Part shown: positions 22,921-35,969 of the stretch, piece after piece
Layout: the number at the start of each line of letters is the position of its first letter
How positions within the stretch are numbered: position 1 is the stretch's first letter
DNA from: Rhina ancylostomus
Taxonomy: Eukaryota
Reading direction: 5' to 3'
NCBI GenBank assembly: GCA_030265395.1
Contig: JARFYF010000061.1
Location: 17,533,306-17,597,305, forward strand
Length of the DNA stretch: 64,000 bases
Program-made: the position numbers and the translations under genes
The notes under the pieces: generated by a model
What the model saw: only the letters and a program-made list of their open reading frames with translations
What the model was told of the DNA's origin: nothing
The model's database searches: none

Positions 22921-25430
22921 GAGAATTTTATCTATTTTGTGCACAAGTAGCTTGTTTAGGAAAATTCTTCGCTGGTCATTTACACACGGAGGCTGCTCGG
23001 CTTGTGTAGTGATGTGAATTGATTTGACGGTATGGCTGAGGTCACATGTGCATATTTTTACCACAAATATTTGGAAAGGGTTTTGTATGTGGATCAGGAG
23101 TGAATGGTAAGGCCTGCTCCATCAAACCTTAAATGGGGCTGATGATATTGAAGCAGGCTTCAATCAGGCCAAGTGTTCCTCAGGTTGCTCATCTCAAGAC
23201 AAGTGACTAAATCACTTGGTTGGGTACCATACCCTGTGACATATGCTGTGAGTTCCTTCCACTAAATCCTATTGGGTTTAGGAGATGTGTGGTGGTTGGC
23301 TCCAAGTCCACCCCCATCCCATCCCACCACAGAAGGGAAAATCTCCAACAAGCTCCACGTGGCTAATTGTGACCTGGCCCATTGTAATGTATGTTTTCTT
23401 TAAATTAACCTCTGAAAATAATGAATCTCTAGCTTAGTCTTACAACAAAGAAGCTGTGGTCTTCTACACAGCATAAATTAATTTCTATTTTTCACATATG
23501 AAAAAATAACTAGGCTATTGTTTTTTAAAGGATCTCCTGTAATCATGAAATGTGGTTGTAGATCAGCTTCTGTTGAAAATAAGCTTAGGAGTTGATACCC
23601 TTTCCTGGTGATGGTTTACTTAAAAATTGGAAAAGAGGATTTAAAAAAAATAGCTAACCACTGTAACTTCACTTATCAGGATTTTCCAGTCCAGGACTTG
23701 ATTAAACTCCGGTTCGTGCAGAAAGAATTGATTTTTATTGTGCAGATTCACAGACCTGAAACTAGCTAGACATGTTATGCTGATGATGCAAGTGAAGACA
23801 TCGGGCAGCAGTATGAAGGATCAATGTGCTTTCTTTCAAACACTGTATTGTACACTACAAATTATGAGAACATTAAAGAATGACAGAATGGAATATAGTG
23901 GAAGAGGAGGCCAATGGTGGTGGTGTTCATGAGATACAGAACTGTCTGGAAGGCATGTCACTCAGGAGGCTCACTAATTGACTCGCTCCCAGCTTGTCTT
24001 TAATACTCTGTTGCCCACACCTCAGTGGTTGCAGCTTCAAATCCCAGAGGGGACCAACAGATCTTTCTTCCCATAATTATGATGGGTTTCATCATTTGTC
24101 AGCTGGGTACTGTGAAGGCAGGGGTGAACCAGACTCATATGCATCACTCTCTCTAGACAAACACATGGCTCCAATTCAGAAGCAGTACTAATCTCAGAGC
24201 AGAGGAGAGTGTTTTTTAATTCTTCCTACCCACCATCTTATCTGAAGTGTCAACATTACCGTGGTAAGATGAGCAGTTTGAACAATATTCATGATGTATA
24301 CATTCAATATCTTGTTTTCTTATGTTGACAAATGTCTGAGCAAATATGCAGCTTTCAGATCAAATTATGAACAACCAGAAAGTGACATGTTTTTTCTTTA
24401 TACACTTAACTTGAGCTGGAATACACTGCTATAATTCTGGGACTGGTTGCTAACCCTTTGTGGTTGTCATTATTAATTGATGAGATCATTCTCCTGACAT
24501 TCTGCTCGACTAATCAGTCTGTTTTATTAACAGTGGAAGATCATCATTAACAAGCCTCCAAAAGTGACAGGACCAGCATTCTAAAGCCTAGTCCCATCTA
24601 TTCAATTTTCCCAACTAATAGAACAAAGAAAGTAGAGAAAAAATGTGGGGGAGGAAAAGTTCATGGCTACGACTCGCTCTCGCTTGGTGATCTATAAACT
24701 GCCTTATAAGTTTCTGCAATGGTGTACTGTTTTACTGCCACTTGACATAACCCTTTGCTTTCATTTGGGAGAAGTTTTTCACTCAAATTATTCATTACAA
24801 TGGGAGCTTTTTTTCTGCTAAGGACAAAGGCTGAAACGATATAGAGTGAAACTTTATAAGATGGTCTGCCTGAAGAGACTCCTGTTGATGAATTGCTTAC
24901 AGTCCCCTCACATAACAGCTGCTTTCAAACTAATTCTGAGAGTGACAGACATGGGTAGGCTGCAATGTGTCATGATTTGGCTCAGCCTCTTTTCATATTG
25001 AGTTTTGATCAATAACTGTTATTCGAATAAAAATAGAGTATCAGTTACATCAGCTGCAATGAATGATCTGCCAGATTGCTGGTGTCGTAGCATGTGATCA
25101 GGTCTTGCATCAGGTCTCACTGGGTGGGTCACAGCTCCTAAACACTATCACTTGGACAGAAAGATCATTTAAAAAAAATGGGACTTTCTCTTTTGCTTCT
25201 GCCAGACTTGGTAAACATATTTTAAATGGCAGTTGCAAATGTGGGCATGATTTATCTCAGTGTGTGTGATTCTTGTAGAATTATTGTCTCTGGTCTTGGA
25301 TTGTTTGATCCTTTATAGGTTAGAGTGATACTTCTTCTTAATTTTGGGGAAATCTCTAATCCAAATGGACAGCAGTATATTCTTTGACAGACTGTGTCAG
25401 GCATTTGATATGGTCAAGGATACAACATCT

Positions 25431-25449
25431 GGTCCAGCAGATGGTGCTG
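25431..25449 (+). promoter_or_regulatory. Candidate CTCF binding site
   Basis: ggtCCAGCAGATGGTGCtg matches the core CCASYAGRKGGC at 11/12 positions, in unique sequence. Confidence 0.35.
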
Positions 25450-26289
25450 CAACAAAACAGAGAGAGAAAAAAAAATTCAAATCACAAACAAAAAGGTTCT
25501 TTACAACTTTTAAAGCAGATCTTAAGGATAAAGGATAAACTACTTATTTGCAGCCTGCTGATGAAGATAACTTCATTGCCTATGAGTAATGAAGTCACAC
25601 ATCAATTCTGTGATTGATCCTGACCTATAAAATATAATTAACCATTTCAAACTCTATAATTATACATAGCGGTGTAAATAAATAGTTGAATGGCTTTTGT
25701 TCAGTTTTAACTTTGTAAGTTTTCACCTGGATTTTTGAAGCTTCATGAACTTATCTGAAAGGGATTATATAAAGTTGGCTTTTCAATTTATGTTTGGAGT
25801 AAATAGTTCAGTAAATTATGAAAGTGTGAGAAGATATTGTTCTCACTCTTTTCTGCATCCAGTTAGCCAAGGACTTCAAAAACATGAGTCTGTAGGTAAA
25901 ATGATCTAGCTTGTGCAGTAATTAATGAAAATAGTTTGAATGCAATCAGAAATGGTATTATATAGTTTGGCTGTTCTGCAAAGTAATCCACAGATCAGTG
26001 TAATTGGTACGTGGAATTTGTGTATACAAGGGCAGAGTCACTTAGAAAATTTCAAACAAAGAGTTGGGAGTCTGTGACATGCAAAATTGTTTTCTGACTT
26101 CTCATTTTTGGGCTGGAGCAGTCTCTTTGAGATAGGCCTTCCATATACCCTCAATTACAAAATATCATTGCCAGCTTGCTGAGAAACCATAGTTGCATCT
26201 GTGAGTGAAAAGAAAATGTCTGAATGTTGCGGTGGGAATATTCCTCCCTCTCATTCTACCCATTGCCCTCATGCCAACTCACTGAGAGT

Positions 26290-26740
26290 CAAACCCTGTC
26301 ATTTCCTTTCAATTTTTCCTTTTCCAAGTATTTATGTACTTAGTTAAAGAGTTGGTTATGGATTCTCCTTCCACCACTACTTCCTATAAAATATTCAGAT
26401 TCTAACAGCCCTTGCTGGCAAGGAAATGATATACCAACTGGCATGGGAATAAATTTCTATAAATTGTATGGTTTATCGAAGACTACCTACAAACCTCTAT
26501 CTTCCTTCCCTTGCTAACTGCCCTCTAATTACTGAACTGCTGGCCAAAGGAAGTAATTTTTCTATGTTTACTTCATGAAATCCCCAGTAACTTTGAAGTC
26601 TTCCATGAAGTCTCTTTCTATGTCTCAGATCCAGTGAAAAGAGCACTCAGTTCTCCTGTCTCCATATCTTAGTGAATCTCTCTGCTGTTGGACCCGTTGA
26701 CATTCTCTTTAATACTGGGCACCTAAATTAAACAGTATCA
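26290..26740 (-). mobile_element. CR1 LINE 3' fragment (decayed)
   Basis: tttccttttccaagtattt...ttccaccactacttcc...gccaaaggaagtaattttt...actttgaagtcttccat...ccagtgaaaagagc. Confidence 0.5.
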
Positions 26741-28939
26741 GTCAAATCAGCCATAATGGAAGAAATTCTGCGGAATGCAAGGTGAATTATCTTAATTATT
26801 AATAGTGACAACCAAGAAGTTTAGCAGTCATGTGAGGGAAAACAGCAGGTATTTGTTCAAGACCCGTGCATAAAAAAATGCATGTCACTTTCTTGTTGTT
26901 CATGATTCTCATTTGTCTTAACCTTAACTTATATTTTATCCCAGGATGTTCGTCCAAAGCTCCTGTCTGAAGTTTTTGGGATTTTCAATAGCGAATGTAG
27001 AAGAGACCTGGTACCAGCATTTCATGGTCCTTGGACATGCTGGAAATCAAATGTATAAGTTGTCCAGGAGCAAAGCCTTGGGTTGCCCTACATGTGAAAG
27101 GACTTTTAAAAAGCTCACAAACCCTATCAGCAAAAGTGCTTGTTTCTTATTGATATGTTTCTTTTCTCAATTTGCCAGGGCTACTCTTTGTTCATTTTGT
27201 TCTGTTTATTAACTGACAGTCATGGTTTCACCACTAGGAATCCTTTCTGACTTATTCAGGTGAAAGTGAAAGGCCCAGAGGTTGGTTGCCAGATCTCTAC
27301 CTCCTCCAACCCAATAGCCCTACCCTAACCTCTGTGGAAAAAGATGAATGTTTCACTTTGGCCAATACCATGGGACATTCACAGTGATATTTCCATCATG
27401 TTCATTGTCATCTGTGGCTCCATAAGGGTGTGTAATGTGTCCTCTTTGCAGCTCTGAATAGTACATAGAAGATTAAAAAAATCTCTGTAGCTATATGTAG
27501 CGATTGGAACAAATGTCCCTTCAGAAAATGTTATTCTTGTAACTCATTTGTCTCTCAGTAGAACCACTCCAATGCATTATTCTGTGCGTTTTGGTCTGAA
27601 AAAAGTAAGTCTTAAATGTGTAGTTGTACTACACTTGGGTAAACTACAATATAAGGAAATGGGGACTCTTGCATGATTGCTCATTTCCTACAGTGTGCAG
27701 TCTCTTCCTCTTGCACCATTGGCAAACAACATATTTGTTTCCGAAATCGCAGTCACAATGCATTTGTAGTACATGTCAGTAATCTGCTGTTCCATTACAT
27801 ATTTCATGTATATCTCTCTTGGATCATGCTAAACAAATGTGAAATGTTATAGATTGCAGAGAGGCAGAAGATGGCATTCTGTAGTGACATGTGCCTTAAA
27901 CCATCCTTGAGATATTTTGTTCAAACCTGCACCAGGATTTATGTGGATGAAAAGTTAATTAACTGCATGTGTAGCTGAATTACATACTGCTTAGCAGTCA
28001 GCAAGATATAAGAATTGTTTTCATTGAAAGTAGTTTTTCTTATGATTACTGACAACCAAAGGCAAGCAACTAAAAAAAAACATGCACAATCACATGAAAT
28101 ACAACACATTAGATGGAATAATCTCATTAGTTAAAGTAAATCCATTTGGAAACTCTAGTATTTATTTTTCTGCCATTGTAAAACCATTTTCAATTAGATT
28201 TTTTTGGTGAAGAATAAAGTGGATGAAATTTTAAAGAATTTTATAACATGTTTTCACATTCTTGCATTTTCATCAAAATGTAGAACTTACGCTAAACTGC
28301 TAATGGTTGAGCCTAGTCCAGTGCCTCTCTATAGTGGGTATGCTGAGGGTTGGCAAATAAGTCAGCATGAGTGGTACGTTTGATGTTTACGATGGACTTG
28401 AGATGTGATAGGCAGCTTAAGGTGGAGTGGTAACCACAACAGGTGATTCAAACTCACATCGGCTACTGGATTGAAATTGCACAGATGTAAGACCAGGCAC
28501 TGAAGTGGATCTTCCATAAATCTGGGAGGTGTAAATTCATTAATAGCTGTGCACTTTGGGCAATGTTCACTCTAAACAGAACTTTGAAGAACATTGGAAT
28601 CAAAGTGATCAAAGTTATCGGCAGCTTTAGAAAATGCAACACCGTGTTCACAATTGCTGAATTACTTTAGCAAGTGTAGGTTTCAAGCCCAGCAATGGAT
28701 ACGGAGCCCTTGCTAATTAAGTATTGTCCATGCATCCTGATGGCAAAGAAGGAAGCTTCTATAAATGATGTGACTAGTTAAGGTTGCCGTTACAGAGTAT
28801 AATGCAAAGAATATTTAGTATAAATGGAATATTTAAATTATATAAGTATTAGGCATGCTGCTTTCTGAATCTCTGCATCCACTGAGCATTTTGCAAAAAA
28901 CCTATCCCAGTATCTCCATCATAATGAATGCACACAGTG

Positions 28940-29240
28940 CTTTTCCACAGGGAAAGGGAACCAAAAACTAAGGGCATAGGTTTAAGGTGAGAAGATTTAA
29001 CAGGGACCTAAGGGGCAATTTCTTCACGCAGAGGGTGGTGCATACATGGAACAAGCTGCCAGAGAAAGTAGTTGAGGCAGGTGCAATAATGACATTTAAA
29101 AGACATTTGGATAAGTATATGGATAGGAAAGGTTCAGAGGGCAAATGGGACTAGTTTAGATGTGAACCTTGGTCAGCATGGATGAGTCGGGCTGAAGGGC
29201 CTTTTTCCATGCTGTATTACTCTATGGCTCCATGACTCTA
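28940..29240 (+). mobile_element. CR1 LINE 3' end
   Basis: agggcataggtttaaggtgaga...aggggcaatttcttcacgcagagggtggtg (GNFFTQRVV)...gggctgaagggcc...atgctgta, with a ctctatg-type tail. Confidence 0.85.
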
Positions 29241-29659
29241 ATTTACACCTCAGTTCTGCAATTAATAGAATCCACCCACACTGCATGGTCTCCATCAAAT
29301 GTTCTGCTAATATTCCAGTCAGAAGCATGGGGTTTCTTAACCTGTGGGATTAGAATGTCTGATTACTCAGAAAAGTAGAAATAGGACAAGGTCATTCATC
29401 AACTTAAACCTAATATGTTATTGAATGAGACCATGTTCCTTTCATTATATCTAAGCACACATTTATGGGCTACATCCCAGGGACTTGGAACCTTATTCAG
29501 TCGCTTTTCCCTTCCTAAATCTGGGAATGTGAGCCCATTGCATGCTTTCTGCTACTGACATGGTTGAGCTTAGCAACAGGTCAGGAGAGACTGTGGTAAA
29601 GTCTGGTATCCTTCATTTGGTCCTCTGCCACATCTACAGCAAATATTTTTTTAGATCTA

Positions 29660-30050
29660 CTTATGTAATGAAACATTCTAAGGCACTTAATAGAAAAATT
29701 AAACAAAGTATGCCATGAAGCCCCAAATGAAGATATAAGAGCAAGTGTCCAAAAGCTTAAACAAAGCAATACATTTTTATAAGTTTTTAAACCAAAAGTT
29801 GAGAGTTAGACCTTCAGGAAGATTTGGATAGTGACTTCCATAGCTCAGGCAACTGAATGCATTGCTGCCAATTGTAGAACATAAACACCTAGAATGCACA
29901 GCAGACCAGAAATAGAGAGCACAGAATTTTCAGAGAATGTGAAGCTGGAGGCAGATAGAAGGGAAGGAAGGGGGAAGGCTATGGAGGGTTTTATACCAAA
30001 GGATGAGAAGTTTAAATCTGAGGCATTGCTGGATCTAGAATCAATGAGTG
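29660..30050 (-). mobile_element. L2 LINE 3' fragment
   Basis: Reverse complement encodes QQCLRFKLLIL (follows the HWLP motif of L2 ORF2) and contains the L2 3' UTR aagcttttggacac. Confidence 0.65.
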
Positions 30051-31189
30051 TTAGGAGTTGACACTAACAGCACATGGATTCATCAACATTGGGGGCAGAA
30101 TGAGAGCCTTCCAGGTGACCCATGGGGAATTAATAAGTCCAAAGGTAATGAAATGGATCTATATTCAGGGTAATTCATTTTTCATCTTTGATCATTTTCT
30201 TCATAAATTGGCAAATGTGTTTGTGCCTCGTCAGAATTCAGCAATGTGCTTATCATATTTCTGTGTACTGTTAAGAAACATTGCTCATGTAGAGTAAGAA
30301 GGAAATAGACTGTCTGTAGCACTGTTCTGTGGTGCCTTGAAAGAACCATTAAAGCATTGGAAAGCTGTTTTTATTAGACTTGTAGGTTGCTTCTCATAAT
30401 CAGAATTAAGCCAAAGGTGGAAGAATGTTGTTGTTGATTGAGGAGAGCAAATCCAAATTATTTGTTCTGTGGCACATGTATGCAACCAAATACTGTGACT
30501 TGCAATGTTCTGTATAGGCATTTCAAGCTTGGACTGAAGTTCTCTCAGGATTGCCTTTATCTTGTGTGACATTTTAACTCTATTCAATGTAACATACAGT
30601 AGAAATGTGCGTAAAGTGAAAAGGAATTTTGTGCCCAAAGGGTTTAACAATGAAGAGATCACTGATTATATTCTATCTCATTCCTTAAGAGTGTACTTCA
30701 TGTATCAATCGAACATCACCACTCGTTTATCAACATATTGGTGTTTTGCCAATTCCAAGTACATAGACAAAGAAATTACCTTGCCTGGTTCATACTGGTT
30801 TTGCACTGGCAATGTTCCAGCAACAGTTGTCTTTATTTGCAAGCTTTTAAATGAAAAGGCTTGTAAGATTGTATATTAATAACAAAATATGTAGGAGAAA
30901 GGAATCAGAGTGTATGTTGATAAGATTAGTTGAAGTAAGGTGTGATGAGGCTCATAAGAGGCACAAACACTCACACAGATCAAATAGGTTGAATTTACTT
31001 CTGTGGTGCAATTTTATTTAATTCTATTCATAGGGACTATAAAATGATTCCAAATGCTGTATACTCATTAGAGATATTAAATAATCATGATTTTTTTGTT
31101 TCAGTTCTGAAAATGCTACAGGATATAAACTGAAAGCACTGTCTCTGACAGCTGAATTTTGTTCTAATAGTAATAGATCATGAGTGCTC

Positions 31190-31570
31190 CATATGTCTAT
31201 CTCTGTTTACATAATTTAGTCAGCTGCTATGAAAAGTTACTTCCGAGCAAAGATACATAAAAGCACCACATCTTTCACAGCCCCACCAAGCATTCGAAAA
31301 GATCTGCATTGACCCCTAACTCTTTGACCCTTAAATCAAATCAGTAATTTACTCTTGTTCATATCCTTTTCCTGTGTGCAGAGTGAGGGGAAATACAAGA
31401 TAGCCCTTCACAGATAATTCAACGCAACAGGGACTCATGGAAGCAGTGAATCGTTGAAACAAAGGCTGCAGTTTGAGTTAGTGAAATTCAGGGGGAAAAG
31501 AATTGCACCCTGCAGGAAGTGGCAAAGTTGCTGAAGTCTGAAAAAATGAGTATTTATTGTTGGAAGACTC
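31190..31570. promoter_or_regulatory. Candidate enhancer with a composite nuclear-receptor element
   Basis: Unique block with five CpGs; TGACCC-c-TAACTC-tt-TGACCC at 31310-31330; Sox/TCF-like aacaaagg near 31458. Confidence 0.35.
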
Positions 31571-32069
31571 GAGCCAGCTGCTCCTGTTGTGAGCTCAGGG
31601 ACTTTATCCTAGGTCATATATATAGATCAATCCAAGCCAAGTGCTGATGTCAATAATCTGCTACAAATCTGTTTTATTGTCTGCATGCGAGGCTGTATCC
31701 TAAGCACAAACACTCCCTCTAGGAAGTGTTAGACATTTTCAGGATGTATTGCCTTGATGGAACATTTGGATTCAAACTGAAGTAACATTCCAGTAATACA
31801 TCCACTGTAAAAATGTTCAGTAAAACAAAGAAAACATAAACTGTTAGTTTGGGCACCTATCTGCTTGATGTAAACAACCTGAGTGGGAATGGTCAATAAG
31901 GACCACCTGTCTGGAAAGTGCTGGTATCCATTATGATGGCTGATCAAGTGTCTGGTAACAAAGTAAAAACAGGGGACAGGTTCTCCCCCATTTGTACTTT
32001 AAGCATAAAACCCTAAGTCCTGCTTGTCGAGGAGGGTAAGGTGTGGGGGAATCACAGGCCCCAAGTGCA

Positions 32070-32610
32070 ACCTGACTGAGTCTTTAATTCACCACTTCAA
32101 CTCACCATCCCATTCCTACCCTGACCTTTCTGAATGTAGCCTCCTGCAATGTTCAACACATTGTTCTACACAATGTTCAACACACGCTTGAAGAACAACT
32201 CTTTATTTTTGGGCATACAATAACCTTCTGGACTTGATATTGAATTTTTCAATGTTAGGTAACCCACTCTCTCTCTATTTGTAGCAGTCTCTTCCTTTCA
32301 ACATTTTGGCTTAGTTTTTCTTTTTCTTAGCAGTCTTGGCTACTGCATGTACCCTCCAGGCTTGCCTTTTATTACATTGCACAGACAAAGAAATTTATGC
32401 TTGTAAATGTCCCAATTAACCCATTTGGTCTCACCCCATCAGAGATATTCCCTCTGTTCTACCCATCCCTCCCCCCACTTTCTCTCCTACTGAAAACTAA
32501 CTTGTTTTTCTCTTTCCCAGTTCTGGGCCTGAAACATTAACTGTTTCTTTTTCCTCTGATGCTGTCTGACTTGCTGAGTGTTTCCAACATTTTATCCTTT
32601 TTTTTCCAGC
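32070..32610 (+). mobile_element. Penelope-like element 3' fragment (GIY-YIG C-terminus plus terminal repeat)
   Basis: HHFNSPSHSYPDLS...LEEQLFIF...PSGLDIEFFNVR*, then a terminal repeat ending gatgctgtctgacttgctgagtgtttccaacatttt. Contains three 12-bp units (caatgttcaaca-like) at 32147-32182. Confidence 0.8.
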
Positions 32611-33789
32611 TAGGATTTTTTTTTTACTTTCTCCTCTGATTGATTCTCTGTCAATTTAAACTAGTAGGAAAGCAGATGGGTTCTATTATCAGTGTGAGAG
32701 ACTCCCTACCTGAGTTCCATTGATACCAAATATCCAAGCATTCCATTATGGCCAAACAAAACAACAGGGAATCTAATAAAGTCTAACGGAGGACTGCTTT
32801 GAAGCTATTTTTCTTGGTATATATCTGAGTTTATCTGTCACAGTTCTCCAGTCCAGTGAATCTTACAAATTTAATTCCAGGCCATTGGTATGCTCACTTA
32901 CTCACTGATGAAGCCCAGATTATTTGAACCATTTGCCCTGATTTACCAAGGCAGAAGCTTCCTATCAGTTGTCCAGTGGTTAAAGTGCCAGGTTCTGCAG
33001 TCCAACAGCAGTCTAGCAATCAAGGGGTCCTTGTAGGGTCAGCAGATGGAAGCCAAGCAAATTGTTACCCCAATATGACAGAAAATGCATGGAGCCAAGC
33101 ATACGGAAACAAAAACTTTAATACTCCATGCTTAGTGCTTGAAATAATAACATTACTACATTGTTTCTTCTTAATGACATTCATTAAAAATTGTAATGTG
33201 GTTTTAAAAGGGGATTATATTGAATGAAAAGTTAATAAAATACAGTCTTTTGTTTATAGTTTTTATATGCACTATAGATATATGGGGAAGAGCTGTGGAA
33301 TCTGATTTATATCCCACATGTGGGCTGACCTGGTTATTCAATAGTGATGAAGTTGTGAGTGAGTTATAGTCAGTGCCACCAGTGGGATTTAAATTGAACC
33401 CCTTGCCTCTTTGTGTATTATGTTTACAACACATTTTAGTTAAATAATTAAAGGTATGAAAGGTGGATGCAAATTTAAAATAAGAATTATTGGATTGAAT
33501 CATGCTGTGTGTTGTTCCTATTACATATATTTAAATTATAGTCAGCGGTATTTCATATCAACACGCTAACTCATTTGCTACCAAGATCTCACAGTGTGAT
33601 TTCAATCCATATATACCTTAGAGATTTTAATAACTGTCCTTATTTGATAAATAGAACATTGCATGAGTTTGACGTAACATTTAACTAACATATGGACTAA
33701 ACACAAGCACAGGCATACCTTATCTATTAGCTACAGTTGTTTCAATGGAACGTCACACTGGGTCTGTGTGGTACGTGTTGTGTTCCCAA

Positions 33790-34190
33790 TACTTGAGCAC
33801 AAGATTCAGCTGACACTCACAGTATAGTACTGAAGGACTAGTGACTGTGCTGTCGAAGGTCCTGTCTTTCAAACAAAACCTTGAACTATGGCCCTGTCTG
33901 CCCTCTTAGGTGGCTTTAAAAGATCCCACAGCACTATTTTCAAGGGCAACTGAATTCTTCCCAGTGTCCTGACTGTTAATTATCCTTCAAGCACCATTAT
34001 TAAAACAGATTATCACACTCTTATTGCTTTTATGCCTGTGGGAGCTTGCTGTGCACAGATTAGCTGCTGTGGTATCATATATTATTACAGTGCCTGCACT
34101 TCAAGAATATACTATTGGCTGTGAAGCATTCTGGGAATACTGAGGTTGTAAAAGATGTTATATAAATTCAGATTATTTCTCTTTCTTTGT
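33790..34190 (+). mobile_element. Deu-domain SINE (SacSINE1-like), best copy in the window
   Basis: Deu domain gccctgtctgccctcttaggtggctttaaaagatcccacagcactatttt, then tgtgggagcttgctgtgcacagattagctgc, and tail ttggctgtgaagcattctggg...tatataaat. Confidence 0.85.
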
Positions 34191-34944
34191 ATTCTTTTTG
34201 TTTGCAACAACCTGGTTCAGAGGATTAATTGACCCCTCTTTAATAATAAGCCCACTCGGGTTTGTTACAAAATGAAATCAGCATTTATTGAAAAGAAAAT
34301 ATTGTGTGAGGATAAGGAAATGCCACAGAGTAGAGGTATATAGGCCATTTCCTGGATTCAACACAGATTCTGTTGTTGGTTGCTACCTGAACACTTATCA
34401 AATGCAACCCTGCTTGCTGATGAAGGCTCTGGAGTCAATAGGAACAGGCATTATGGCCACAGAGACTGTCATCAGTGATGACTTCATTAAATGGCATCTT
34501 GCTATTCAATAAAGTTGTGTATCCTGTCTATTTGATACAAGAAGAAATATAACAAGGTTATTCAAATATAGCTATCGTTACCTTTTAAAGGTATATATGC
34601 AGGTTATGTGCAAGCCCACACATTTGCATTTGTTTAGATTACAAAACTCTCACTTGTTGTCTGCAGATGTTCTCCGCAGCTAATGTTTCTTGAAGCAGTT
34701 TGGAACATGAGCAGTTTATACTGTGACAACTTTCACTTCTACAGGAATGGTGGTCCTAGTCTAGCTGTTACTTTCCACAAGCCAATAGTATATTGCTTTT
34801 CTTCAGTGATGCAACACGTGCAACAGTTGACCAATGACGTGGATATAACAAGGACGCACTACCAAGTTCAGGATTTCCAAATATGTGTGGGTACATGTGA
34901 AAGTCACAAACTTGCTGTGCAGCTCTTCATGAGTAAATGAGAAA

Positions 34945-35660
34945 ATCAAAACTCTGCAGATTCTGGAAATCTGAAATAAAAGGAGAAACACTGAACAGGT
35001 CGGGCAGCATCTCTGGAATGAGAAACAGTTCAAGTCCAGAACTGGGAAAGAGAGAAAACGAGCTAGTTTTCAGTCATAATAGAGGGATGGGTAGAACAAA
35101 GGGAATATTTCTGATGGGATGAGACAAAATAAGTAAAGGTCGCAGTTAAGTAGCAGCGAGGATCAGATTATACATCTTTGTCTGTGTAATGTGTTGCTAA
35201 TGGCAAGGCTGTGGGACAAGCCCAGCATGTCAGACTGTACAAGTAGAAAAACTGTGCTAAAATGACAACAGGCAGAAATGGCCTGATCTGCTGCAGACAG
35301 AAAGAAAGACTTCACTATAGTTGGAGAATTTGATATCAAATCCAGAAGGCTGCTTGGTGTCCAGATGGAAGATGAGGTATTGTTGCTCAAGCTTGCCTTG
35401 GACCACATTGTAACTATGCAGGAGGCCATAGGCAGAAAGGATCAAGTGGCAGTGGGATAGTGCAAAAAAAGTGACACGTGACTGGAGATTCAATGTCATT
35501 CCTGGAGACCAAATGTAGGTGCTCTGCGATGTGATCACCCAAACCGCATTTGGTTTCTCCATTGTTGATCTCCAGTGCTCTACCACATCAACTGGTTCTT
35601 TTTTTTTCATAGCTGCTGCCTGATATGTTGAGTGTTACCAGCATTTCTCTGTTTCTATAG
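34945..35660 (-). mobile_element. 5'-truncated Penelope-like element with inverted terminal-repeat arrangement
   Basis: Minus strand encodes GETKCGLGDHIAEHLHLVSRNDIESPVTCHF, a +1 frameshift in a T7 run, then GLLHSYNVVQGKLEQQYLIFHLDTKQPSGFDIKFSN (GIY-YIG C-terminus). Terminal repeat at 34945-35125 and an inverted partial repeat at about 35590-35660. Confidence 0.85.
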
Positions 35661-35969
35661 CTTTTCCCCAGTCTTTTCTTGATTACAGTCCAAAGTTGGA
35701 TTCAGATATATTCAAAATTTTTGACAGGTTTAACAACCAGCTAAGGTGGTTGGTATTGGTAGTTATACTTATTGAAGAGGTCAGCAGCAAACTTGGACTC
35801 AGGCAGCTCGACATTGGCAGGAAATTCTGGGCTAAATTTGTGAAACACTTTGAGAAGGGTCACCAACATTTCATTTCTCCTCTAAAGGTAATGTGGATTC
35901 TACAAGCCGATTAGTGATGCAATATGTGGTGTGTGCACCATATGAATATATTCACTCATAATACACTCT

